In this document: in pieces, positions 9,823 to 18,842 of the stretch
Layout of the letters: the number at the start of each line of letters is the position of its first letter
Position numbering within the stretch: the stretch's first letter is position 1
IMG/VR virus record: IMGVR_UViG_3300037484_000435
Coordinates: 481,323-545,322 of that record
Length of the DNA stretch: 64,000 bases
Direction: 5' to 3' (one strand)
Source: a virus
Lineage: Duplodnaviria > Caudoviricetes
Program-made: the position numbers and the translations under genes
Notes under the pieces: generated by a model
The model's database searches: none
Told to the model about the DNA's origin: nothing
What the model saw: the letters and a program-made list of their open reading frames with translations, nothing else

Positions 9823-11061
9823 GTGTTAGTTTATGTATTAAACAAATGTGGAAAGCCTTTAATGCCCACTACACCACCTAAGGCTAGAATTTTGCTTAAG
9901 GGAGGCAACGCTAAAGTTACCCGAAGAACTCCCTTCACCATACAATTACTCTATGGAAGTTCGGGCTATAAACAACCTATAATGTTGGGTGTAGATTCGG
10001 GTTACGAGCATGTTGGATTGAGTGCTATCACAGAGAAACAAGAATTATTTTCAGCAGAAGTTTTGCTTAGAAAAGACGTTTCTAAATTGTTAACAGAACG
10101 TCGTGCTTATCGTCGTAATAGGCGTGATAGGAAAGTTCGTTATCGTCAACCTCGGTTTCTGAACCGCGTTAGAACAAAACGTAAGGGCTGGCTCGCCCCC
10201 CCTATTCAGCACAAACTGGATAGCCATATTAAGGTAGTAAATAAAGTTTCTGAAATATTACCAATTACAAACATCATAGTAGAAGTAGCCAATTTTGATG
10301 TTCAGCGTATCAAGAATCCTGAGATTAAGGGTAAAGAGTATCAGGAAGGTGACCAGTTTGGTTTTGAGAACGTAAGGGCGTATGTATTGCACCGAGATGA
10401 GCACAAATGCCAGCATTGTAAAGGTAAATCTGGTAACAAACATCTTAATACCCATCACATTGTTTTCAGAAGCAAAGGAGGGAGTGATAGGCCCGATAAC
10501 CTTATTACATTGTGTAAAACATGCCACGACAAACAGCACAAGGGTTTAATCAAACTCAAGGTTAGCCATAGCCGTAGTTTTAAGACTGAAACTTTTATGT
10601 CTATTGTTAGGTATAAAATTGTTGAGCGATTACGTGAGTTGTATAATAACGCGGATACAACATACGGCTATATTACAAAGGCGTTACGTAAGCAGTTATT
10701 TTTAACTAAATCACATATTAACGATGCTTTCATAATTGCTGGGGCTAACATACAAATCCGCAATACCAAAAATTATCTAATTAAACAGGTTCGTAAACAA
10801 AATCGTAAACTATTCAAGGGTGCCCGTAGTCACACTAAGAACACTGCTCAAAGATTTCTCTTCGGTTTTCAACGTTATGATAAAGTAAAGTTTAATAACA
10901 AAGATTATCACATATTCGGAAGAAGGCAGAGAGGGTGTTTTAAACTAAGTAATCTAGAGTCAGGACTCTTAAAAACTGAACCCACCTATAAGAAACTAAA
11001 ACTTCTGGAAAGCTTCAAAACATTTTTATGGGAGGTAAAGATGGTCCCTAACAATGTTTAG
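9823..11061 (+). CDS. iscB: IscB RNA-guided endonuclease (RRXRR/HEARO-associated)
   Basis: PLMP motif, RuvC-I LGVDSG, Arg-rich bridge helix, RuvC-II IVEVANFD, HNH HHIVFRSKGGSDRPDNLITLCKTCHDKQH, RuvC-III SHINDA. Confidence 0.95.
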   Translation: MLVYVLNKCGKPLMPTTPPKARILLKGGNAKVTRRTPFTIQLLYGSSGYKQPIMLGVDSGYEHVGLSAITEKQELFSAEVLLRKDVSKLLTERRAYRRNRRDRKVRYRQPRFLNRVRTKRKGWLAPPIQHKLDSHIKVVNKVSEILPITNIIVEVANFDVQRIKNPEIKGKEYQEGDQFGFENVRAYVLHRDEHKCQHCKGKSGNKHLNTHHIVFRSKGGSDRPDNLITLCKTCHDKQHKGLIKLKVSHSRSFKTETFMSIVRYKIVERLRELYNNADTTYGYITKALRKQLFLTKSHINDAFIIAGANIQIRNTKNYLIKQVRKQNRKLFKGARSHTKNTAQRFLFGFQRYDKVKFNNKDYHIFGRRQRGCFKLSNLESGLLKTEPTYKKLKLLESFKTFLWEVKMVPNNV

Positions 11062-11081
11062 GTAGACCATTACACAAAGGT

Positions 11082-11282
11082 ATGGATTGGCAGATTGGAG
11101 ACATAGCAGTTATTGACCAAGATTATGATCGCTCAGCAAGCGACAGTCTATTCTATTTACTGGAGTTCTCGAACGATACAGCAAGTGGTTACCTAGAAAA
11201 AGATAATCAGAAAATCGATTATTCCTGCCCCATATCAAAAATCAGAAGAGTTGCAAAAGTAATAAAGTTCCACACACAATAA
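11082..11282 (+). CDS. Small hypothetical protein
   Basis: ORF starting ATGGA right after the IscB element. Confidence 0.6.
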   Translation: MDWQIGDIAVIDQDYDRSASDSLFYLLEFSNDTASGYLEKDNQKIDYSCPISKIRRVAKVIKFHTQ

Positions 11283-11302
11283 CAAACAGAAAGGATGGGT
11301 CT

Positions 11303-11971
11303 ATGGCTCTTAAAGTTGGCGTAATCGGAGGCACATTCAATCCTATTCATAACGGACATTTACGGCTGGCGGAAGTCATGCTGGAGGCAGAGAAATTTGA
11401 TAATATTATTTTTGTTCCCTCTTTTAACCCGCCCTTAAAAGACCAAGACATCGTTTCCTTTGACCAGAGAGTGAGCATGCTTCAACTTGCCATAGAGGAC
11501 AATCCCTCCTTTGTAATCTCTACAATTGAACAAGACCTCTTAGGAAAATCCTATACCTTCAACATGCTACAAAAACTAATAGAAGAGTCCCCCAGTGTAG
11601 AGTTTACTTTTATCCTCGGGGCCGAGTGTTGGAATCAGATGAAGTCTTGGTATAAACCCATTGAAACTCTCGGTCTCTGTGATTTCCTGTTTGTGTGTGA
11701 TTCTGAACGAAGGTGTGCTGGGGATATTGCTTGGTCTGAGGGCGACCCGATGGTAAGACAGGCTCTTGGGGTAGTGCATAATAACAAGAAAGAATTTGTG
11801 CATCCCTCAGGAACTCGGGTAAGGTTCGAGGTTCACCCAACCCCTAAGATACGATCGACAGAGATAAGGTGGATATGTGCAAAGGGAAAAAGTTGTAGAT
11901 ACCTTCTACCAGAGAGTGTCTACAAATATATTCTACAACACAGGCTTTATAATTTATCCCAAAAGTTTTAA
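11303..11971 (+). CDS. nadD: Nicotinate-nucleotide adenylyltransferase
   Basis: GVIGGTFNPIHNGH (HIGH-like), FILGAE, IRSTEIR (SST-like), YLLPESVYKYI. Confidence 0.92.
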   Translation: MALKVGVIGGTFNPIHNGHLRLAEVMLEAEKFDNIIFVPSFNPPLKDQDIVSFDQRVSMLQLAIEDNPSFVISTIEQDLLGKSYTFNMLQKLIEESPSVEFTFILGAECWNQMKSWYKPIETLGLCDFLFVCDSERRCAGDIAWSEGDPMVRQALGVVHNNKKEFVHPSGTRVRFEVHPTPKIRSTEIRWICAKGKSCRYLLPESVYKYILQHRLYNLSQKF

Positions 11972-12027
11972 TTAACTTTCTAACTAAAATAGCTACTAAA
12001 GTTATCTTACACGGAGTTATTTTGTAG

Positions 12028-13113
12028 ATGATTGTGAAACATGCCTATAAATATCACATATACCCTAATACTGACCAAAAGAAACAACTTGAATCTTACT
12101 TTGGATGTTCTAGGTATGTCTATAATCATTATTTAAAACAAAGAATTGATTGCTATATGTTGCACAAAGTCGGTCTCGGGTATGTGGACAACTGTAGTGA
12201 CCTAGTATTTCTAAAGAGACAAAAGCCTTGGTTGTCTGAAGCCATCGCTCAGTCATTACAGGCATCACTCAAGGATCTTGAATCAGCTTACACTAATTTT
12301 TTTAGAGGGACCACAAAATTTCCGAGTTTCAAGAAAAAACACAACAAACAAAGTTTTCGTGTTCCCCAAAAATTCAAGGTCAATTCCACTTCAATTACTA
12401 TCCCTAAGGTGGGCAAGATCAAAGCCAAAATACATCGTCCAATAGGAGACAAGATCTGCAATGTTACTATTAGTAAAACTCCTGCAGGAAAGTATTATGC
12501 TTCTGTGTTATGTGAAGTTTATATTGAGGATCCAAAATTTGAAGGCAATATAATCGGGATCGATTTGGGGATTAGAGATTATTTGGTTGACAGTAATGGG
12601 AATCGCGTCCCTAACCCGAAATATCTTCAAAAGTCCTTAGTGAAGCTTAAACGACTCCAACAAATACTAAGTAGCAAAGTTCAAGGTTCTAGTGATTACC
12701 ATAAATTACGGCGTAAGCTTGCGAAACTACACGAAAAGATTCAGAACCAACGTTCAGATTTTCAGCATAAACTTGCTTTACAACTGGTGCGTGAAAACCA
12801 AACCATCTGTTGTGAAACTTTAGCTGTAAAGAGGATGTTGACTGAGTCTGATCCAGTGCTAGCCAGATACATTTTAGATGCAGGATGGTACCAGTTCATT
12901 TCTTTTTTGAATTACAAAGGACCTTGGTATGGTTGCCACATAAATCAAATAGAGCAGTTTTATCCTAGCAGTAAACGGCATTTCGAATGTGGTTATATTA
13001 ATGAACATCTAAACCTTTCTGATAGAGAGTGGTTATGCCCACAATGTAACTCGATGGTTGATAGAGACCTTAATGCTGCTAAAAATATTCTCGCCGCGGG
13101 GACCGCGGTTTAA
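12028..13113 (+). CDS. tnpB: IS605-family TnpB with N-terminal HTH
   Basis: AYKYHIYPN...FGCSRYVYN, RuvC-I IGIDLGI, RuvC-II CCETL, H/CxxC zinc finger, DRDLNAAKNI. Confidence 0.93.
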   Translation: MIVKHAYKYHIYPNTDQKKQLESYFGCSRYVYNHYLKQRIDCYMLHKVGLGYVDNCSDLVFLKRQKPWLSEAIAQSLQASLKDLESAYTNFFRGTTKFPSFKKKHNKQSFRVPQKFKVNSTSITIPKVGKIKAKIHRPIGDKICNVTISKTPAGKYYASVLCEVYIEDPKFEGNIIGIDLGIRDYLVDSNGNRVPNPKYLQKSLVKLKRLQQILSSKVQGSSDYHKLRRKLAKLHEKIQNQRSDFQHKLALQLVRENQTICCETLAVKRMLTESDPVLARYILDAGWYQFISFLNYKGPWYGCHINQIEQFYPSSKRHFECGYINEHLNLSDREWLCPQCNSMVDRDLNAAKNILAAGTAV

Positions 13114-13160
13114 AGCCAGTTAATACTGGAAATTATTATCCTTGGATGATAATAGTCCAC
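13090..13160 (+). ncRNA. 3' part of TnpB reRNA / right end (5' boundary approximate)
   Basis: 10-bp hairpin attattatcc-tt-ggatgataat then AGTCCAC, paralleling TAGTTGAC of the first TnpB. Confidence 0.55.
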
Positions 13161-13206
13161 CTCGTGCCTGAGCCCGTGTATATATTTATAAAAGAAAAGA
13201 AATTAT

Positions 13207-14865
13207 ATGCGGGCATGTACACATAAGAAAGGAATCACAATGCTACCCACAAAAATCCTAGCAGACGGGATTGAAAGAGCTTTTGAACACCGAAAGTTTC
13301 CATGGGATTTCTATTTTATCGCGATGGCAGAAGCTGATTGGCGGGCTGGTCGAGCAGATTTACCAGCAACCAAGAGTTTTTATATACGAAACGCTCCCTT
13401 TGGCGGAAGTTACTGTCTCCTTGGTGGTATCACTGAGGCTCTAGTAACTATTAAGAATCTGGATTTCCTCAGCAAAGATTTCTTTCACGGTGCTGTTCAT
13501 ATGGGCTCTTCTCCAGATTTTGTGAATTGGCTGGCTGTTCGAGAAAGGTTGCGTATTCGTGTTATTGGTGGGAGAGAGGGAACTGTGTTCTTCCCCAACG
13601 AACCTATCGTAACAGTACAGGGGCCATTAGCAGATATTCGTTTGGTTGAGGGTATTCTGACTTATGCCCTGAACTTTTCTTCTTTGTCGTTAACTAAGTG
13701 GTATCGAGTCGTAAAAGCGGCCCGCCCAGGACAAGTTTTGGATTTCTCTTTGAGAAGGGCACAGAACAGTAGACGTGCATCCCTGAACGCAATGCTGGCA
13801 GGATGCTCTGCCACATCTAACTGCGACATAGCAGAATTCTTTGACGTTCCCGTCCGAGGCACAATGGGACATGAATACCCAATGGGTCATGGAGACGTTA
13901 AGATAGCTTTTGAGCAGTGGTTGGAATATCAACCTAATCGACCTATCGGTTTGATTGACACCCTGCAATGCTTGGAGAACGACTTTCCTCTTTGGCTCGA
14001 CGCTGTATACAAATATCGGGAAAAGATTAAGAATGCAGGGTCTCCTATTTGGGGATGGCGAAATGATTCGGGTGACCTCGGTTACCTAACAGTTGAGCAA
14101 TACAGACGCTTCCTCAACCATGAGTTGGCAAAGGACGAATGGTTCCGAGAGCGGATGAGGGTTATTTTAACGAATGAGCTGGACGAGTATACAATCACAG
14201 CGATTATAAACCAAATAAGAGATGATGCTGAGCCCGCAGGTTTAGATGTCCATGATATCAAAAGTCGGATTATATGGGCGGCGGGCACGCGACCTGGAGT
14301 TTGCGAAGACCAGCCCTCTCTGGGCGGTGTAGCCAAACTTATGGAAGTAGACGGTTGTCCTACTCTTAAACCAGCATTGGATTCGGATGGACATCCTGGT
14401 CCCAAGACGTCGATACCAGGATTTAATCTATCGTGCTTGGTGCCCAATGGAGACAGCAGTATCGCATGTTGTCTAATATATCCTGCACATCATTATAATC
14501 TTGTGTCCGATGGAGCAGGTGGGTGGTCTTTACACAATAAAAAGACAAGCAAGACACCCAAAACAATAGTCACCATGCACAAGGATTCCAGCTCGTCTTT
14601 TATGGAGTTGAAAAATCAAGGTTTGATTGCACAGCAAGATTGCCTCTACGATTCTACCCAAGGTGCTTCCGTGCTAGGTGACGCGTGGCTGGAAACACTA
14701 GATGGAGTTACAAAGCGGATAGAAGATGGTATTGGTAGACTCCACTTCACAATGACATCGAGGCTGGTGAAGCCCCACAGTATGAAAGTATCGGTAACAC
14801 CCGACCTCTTTGAGCTGCGGGATTCTATGTTGAAAAATAAGACCTTGATGGGAGAGAAATCTTAA
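13207..14865 (+). CDS. pncB: Nicotinate phosphoribosyltransferase (likely start MLPTK)
   Basis: FYIRNAPFGGSY, DFSLRRAQ, GTMGH (phospho-His), LIDT, RNDSGDL, TNELDE, GGVAKL: Firmicute/eukaryote-type NAPRTase motifs. Confidence 0.85.
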   Translation: MRACTHKKGITMLPTKILADGIERAFEHRKFPWDFYFIAMAEADWRAGRADLPATKSFYIRNAPFGGSYCLLGGITEALVTIKNLDFLSKDFFHGAVHMGSSPDFVNWLAVRERLRIRVIGGREGTVFFPNEPIVTVQGPLADIRLVEGILTYALNFSSLSLTKWYRVVKAARPGQVLDFSLRRAQNSRRASLNAMLAGCSATSNCDIAEFFDVPVRGTMGHEYPMGHGDVKIAFEQWLEYQPNRPIGLIDTLQCLENDFPLWLDAVYKYREKIKNAGSPIWGWRNDSGDLGYLTVEQYRRFLNHELAKDEWFRERMRVILTNELDEYTITAIINQIRDDAEPAGLDVHDIKSRIIWAAGTRPGVCEDQPSLGGVAKLMEVDGCPTLKPALDSDGHPGPKTSIPGFNLSCLVPNGDSSIACCLIYPAHHYNLVSDGAGGWSLHNKKTSKTPKTIVTMHKDSSSSFMELKNQGLIAQQDCLYDSTQGASVLGDAWLETLDGVTKRIEDGIGRLHFTMTSRLVKPHSMKVSVTPDLFELRDSMLKNKTLMGEKS

Positions 14866-14926
14866 ACGCACGAATAGGTAAGGGCATTTTTTAATGTCCT
14901 TACCTTAACACACGAAAGGATTAGAC

Positions 14927-16783
14927 ATGACTACTACGAGGGTAGCGTTAGCACAAATAAACCCTACCGTTGGGGACTTTGACCTGAACAAAAGTCTCAT
15001 TCTAAACTCTTTGACCTTGGCCCAGCGCGCAGGATGCGACATAATCGTATTTCCTGAGCTTGTTGTTTGTGGCTATCCTCCAGAGGACCTGCTGTTGAAG
15101 CAATCCTTTTTGACAAAATGCCACGAAGCTGTGGAATCTATAGCAGAGGAAGCTACAGATATAGTTGCATTAGTGGGGTCCCCTTGGAAGTTCAATTGGG
15201 GTAAACACAGACACGAATTCAATAGAAATGGGGAAGAACTCTACAACGCGGCAGTAATCTTGGCTGATGGTAAAGTGCAAGATGTCTACTTCAAAACTGA
15301 ACTCCCCAACTACGGTGTGTTTGATGAGAAGAGATATTTCTCTCGACTCGAAACACCCGAGTGTTTAGTGTTTGTCATGAATGGTGTCCGTTTTTGTATT
15401 ACCATTTGTGAGGATATCTGGGTCGAGCAGTCTCCTGTGAGAACACTCGCAGCAATGAATAACGTGGATGTCACGTTAAACTTGTCCGCTTCTCCTTTCT
15501 TCGCAGGCAAATTAACTACGTCCCGTTACGAAGCATTGTCCCAGTATTGCCTGAAAACTGGCACTTCCCTGATATATACAAATTTAATCGGGGGACAAGA
15601 TAGCCTAATCTTTGATGGTACTAGTCTAGTGATGGACCATCGTGGTAAGATTCGTTACGTAGCAAAAAGATTCGAGGAAGATTTTTTGGTAGTGGACCTA
15701 GATGAAAGCTTTATGAAGAACAAGACTGAGGGGTATATGTTCCGTGACTACTACTCTACCACGTCTTCCATTGAAAGGGACTTTGCTCAGAAGTTTGAGA
15801 CCATTGGCAACGCGAAATCCACAATTCAACCTGATACTCCACAACAACATGGACCATTTGATGATTTTACGGATGTTCTGCGTGGGCAAACTGAGGTAGA
15901 AGAAGTCTACTTGGCTTTAAAGAGGGGCCTTATAGATTATGTTGACAAGAATGGATTCCCTAAAGTTGTTGTTGCTGTGAGTGGTGGTATTGACTCAGCG
16001 GTCACTCTTGCACTCGCTGTAGAAACCTTGGGGATCAACCGAGTAGTTGGTATAACGATGCCTTCCAGAATTACATCTGACGATACGCAGGACGATGCAG
16101 TAACGCTGATGGAAAACTTTGGAATTCAGCAAGACACAATCCATATTGAACATCTTGTTAATATGTATATTGAGTCTATTGCACATAGTAAAATCTGGGC
16201 TAATGCACTAGAAGAAAATCCTGTGGTGTGGGAAAACATTCAAGCACGTATCAGGGGTAACGTCTTGATGGCACTCTCCAATCAGTTCGGTTGGTTGGTC
16301 CTCTCCACAGGCAACAAGAGCGAGACCGCAGTTGGATATTGCACCCTATATGGGGATATGGTAGGAGGATTCTCTATCCTAAAAGACGTTTACAAGACGT
16401 TGGTTTACAAAATTGGCCATTACATCAATATGAAGCGCCATGAGAGGGGTCTTCTTGGGATCCCCATAAGTACTTTTGAAAGGCCACCTAGTGCGGAGTT
16501 GGCCGAGGGACAAACTGACGAGGAAGTGTTGGGTCCCTACAGTGTTCTGGATAAAGTTCTCGAAGCTTACATTGAGAAAGAGATGTCCGTAACGGAAGTA
16601 AAGGAATTCTTTGGGGCATTGGCCTTTCCTCCCTTAAAAGACATGAAAGCATATGTTGAAAAGATTGTAAGGATGGTAGACCGAAACGAATACAAACGTC
16701 GACAAAGTTGTCCTGGTGTGAAAATAACTCCGAAAGACTTTGGGAAGGATAGGCGTCTACCAATAACAAACGCCTATATTTAA
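14927..16783 (+). CDS. nadE: Glutamine-dependent NAD+ synthetase
   Basis: Nitrilase triad FPEL / KTELPNYGVFDEKRYF / ICEDIW; synthetase SGGIDS, NIQARIRG, TGNKSE, TLYGDM, PPSAEL. Confidence 0.95.
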   Translation: MTTTRVALAQINPTVGDFDLNKSLILNSLTLAQRAGCDIIVFPELVVCGYPPEDLLLKQSFLTKCHEAVESIAEEATDIVALVGSPWKFNWGKHRHEFNRNGEELYNAAVILADGKVQDVYFKTELPNYGVFDEKRYFSRLETPECLVFVMNGVRFCITICEDIWVEQSPVRTLAAMNNVDVTLNLSASPFFAGKLTTSRYEALSQYCLKTGTSLIYTNLIGGQDSLIFDGTSLVMDHRGKIRYVAKRFEEDFLVVDLDESFMKNKTEGYMFRDYYSTTSSIERDFAQKFETIGNAKSTIQPDTPQQHGPFDDFTDVLRGQTEVEEVYLALKRGLIDYVDKNGFPKVVVAVSGGIDSAVTLALAVETLGINRVVGITMPSRITSDDTQDDAVTLMENFGIQQDTIHIEHLVNMYIESIAHSKIWANALEENPVVWENIQARIRGNVLMALSNQFGWLVLSTGNKSETAVGYCTLYGDMVGGFSILKDVYKTLVYKIGHYINMKRHERGLLGIPISTFERPPSAELAEGQTDEEVLGPYSVLDKVLEAYIEKEMSVTEVKEFFGALAFPPLKDMKAYVEKIVRMVDRNEYKRRQSCPGVKITPKDFGKDRRLPITNAYI

Positions 16784-16909
16784 CAAGCATCCAATATAGT
16801 AAATGTGGGGAAACGTCGTATTCAATTCAGGAATAGACCCCCCCACTTACTTTTAACAAACCAAGAACGTATATTGATAAGGAAATAAGGAGGATGAATG
16901 TAATAAAAA

Positions 16910-17929
16910 GTGAAGAGCACAGAAGTTAAGGAGTGTCTTGAATGTGGTATAATTAAGACACGGGAAGAATTTAGTAAAAATGTTGCATCTACAGATGGCC
17001 TAAATTTAAGATGCAAAGAGTGTGACTCCGCTCTCAAAAGAAAACGTTACGCTGATAGGAAGATGGGCCCAGTTAGGGCGTGGAGTCAACCAAAGATAAA
17101 AGAGGGAGCTAAAGAATGCATTAAGTGCCATATATCAAAATTCTTACATGAGTTTGACCGAGGTTCCAATATGCGTGGTGGGAGACTAAACGAATGTAAA
17201 ACCTGTAGAAGTGCTTACAGGAAAATGTATAGAGATACAAATCCTGATAAGCTACTGGAGCAAGAACGGCGTTCTAAGAAATTACATATTCAAGCAATAA
17301 GAGACAGCGCAAAAGATTACTGCACCAGAAACAAAAACAAAATTAAGTTTTACAACAAGAAAGTACAGGAGGAATTTAGTAAAAAAGTGGCTCTGTTTCT
17401 TGGTGGCAAATGTGAAATGTGTGGGTTGGAAACAGATTGGTATGAGGTCTATGATTGTCACCATAAAAACTCTGAGGAAAAAATGTATAACGTGGCTAGT
17501 TTACGCCACAAGAATTGGACAACGATAGTTATTCCAGAATTACTGAAATGTTCCCTCGTTTGCCGTAACTGTCATAGAGTGTTAACACAACAGATCGCCA
17601 GATCAAAGCCCAACAGAGAAAAATATTGTGATTATATGGATAACAGACGGGACAATCATAAACAAAAATGTGTCGACTACGCGGGTGGTGAATGCCAAAT
17701 ATGTAACTTGAGAACAACAAACTACGCTGTGTATGATTTCCACCATGTGAACCCAGCAACTAAAATATATAATATTGGGCCTCTTAATTCCAAAGATTGG
17801 GAGGAGGTCGTTCAACCTGAGCTTAACAAGTGTGCCTTGTTATGTGCTAATTGTCATGTATCCCTACACACAGGACGCCATAACAGTCTAACTTTAATTG
17901 CTGGACCAATAAAAATCATAACTGACTGA
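16910..17929 (+). CDS. Free-standing endonuclease with two tandem HNH domains
   Basis: Two N-terminal CxxC...CxxC repeats; two GGxCxxC...D(C/F)HH...ELxKCxLxCxNCH units. Confidence 0.85.
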   Translation: MKSTEVKECLECGIIKTREEFSKNVASTDGLNLRCKECDSALKRKRYADRKMGPVRAWSQPKIKEGAKECIKCHISKFLHEFDRGSNMRGGRLNECKTCRSAYRKMYRDTNPDKLLEQERRSKKLHIQAIRDSAKDYCTRNKNKIKFYNKKVQEEFSKKVALFLGGKCEMCGLETDWYEVYDCHHKNSEEKMYNVASLRHKNWTTIVIPELLKCSLVCRNCHRVLTQQIARSKPNREKYCDYMDNRRDNHKQKCVDYAGGECQICNLRTTNYAVYDFHHVNPATKIYNIGPLNSKDWEEVVQPELNKCALLCANCHVSLHTGRHNSLTLIAGPIKIITD

Positions 17930-17956
17930 TTTCACAAAGAAGAGAAAGGGTATCTG

Positions 17957-18838
17957 ATGGAATTAGATATCAGAAATGTTGGATTGATTGTCAAACGAAA
18001 TGACCCACAAGCTATGGGACTTGCACAAAGGGTAATAAACTATATCCTAGACAATAAGCCTTGGGGTATAAACATTCCCCTATCGGACTGCGTGGATATA
18101 CCCAATTACACAAGAGTGAACACACATTTGGAAGAAGATATGTGCCGTTACTCAGACATCCTCATCGTTTTGGGTGGTGACGGAACCATGTTGCAGGCCG
18201 CGTCCTACACCCTACCCAATAAAAGCGTGCCTGTTCTGGGTATTAATCTGGGGAGAGTAGGGTATCTATCAACGATTCCTCCTGAAAGTGTTTTTGATGA
18301 ACTAGATAAACTCTCCAGCGGGTTTGTCAACGTCTACGCACAAAGGAAAATGCTTTGCGTTAACAACCCCGAAAAGGAAGGAGTTTTCTACCCTGTTCTC
18401 AATGAGGTGGTGCTACACTGGTCACAAAAGGCTAGGTTGATTAACCTTTTTCTTTCGATACAAGGTGATGGACAGTTTGAGGTTAGAGCAGACGGAATCA
18501 TCATTTCGACTCCTACTGGTTCCACTGCCTACAATTACGCGGCGGGCGGGCCACTAGTGCACCATGACGTGGGAGCCTTGATAGTAACGCCTATTTGTCC
18601 GTTTTCTGGCCTAAAAGGGTCGTTAATGCTACCTATGTCCTCAACCCTGAAGATTAATTCCGACGAGAGGAACAGTCAAGTTAGTGTAACGATCGATGGT
18701 TATAGGGATTTTCCGTTGAAGTCAACCGATACCCTCTACATTGAGGAATACCCCACACCATTTGTTCTTCTCAATCCTAGGATTTCTAGCTATCTGGAAG
18801 TCCTACAAACAAAACTAAACGTTGTTGGAAAGGCATAG
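17957..18838 (+). CDS. nadK: NAD(+) kinase
   Basis: VLGGDGTML, GINLGRVGYL, LNEVV, DGIIISTPTGSTAYNYAAGGP. Confidence 0.95.
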   Translation: MELDIRNVGLIVKRNDPQAMGLAQRVINYILDNKPWGINIPLSDCVDIPNYTRVNTHLEEDMCRYSDILIVLGGDGTMLQAASYTLPNKSVPVLGINLGRVGYLSTIPPESVFDELDKLSSGFVNVYAQRKMLCVNNPEKEGVFYPVLNEVVLHWSQKARLINLFLSIQGDGQFEVRADGIIISTPTGSTAYNYAAGGPLVHHDVGALIVTPICPFSGLKGSLMLPMSSTLKINSDERNSQVSVTIDGYRDFPLKSTDTLYIEEYPTPFVLLNPRISSYLEVLQTKLNVVGKA

Positions 18839-18842
18839 TGTT

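Noticed and set aside
10470-10480. 11-nt match (aagcaaaggag) between the orphan omega-RNA guide (2300-2310, minus strand) and the iscB HNH coding region, suggesting self-targeting
   Set aside because: The four TAM-proximal guide bases (taga) mismatch and no ATGGA follows; an SD-like purine run matches easily by chance.
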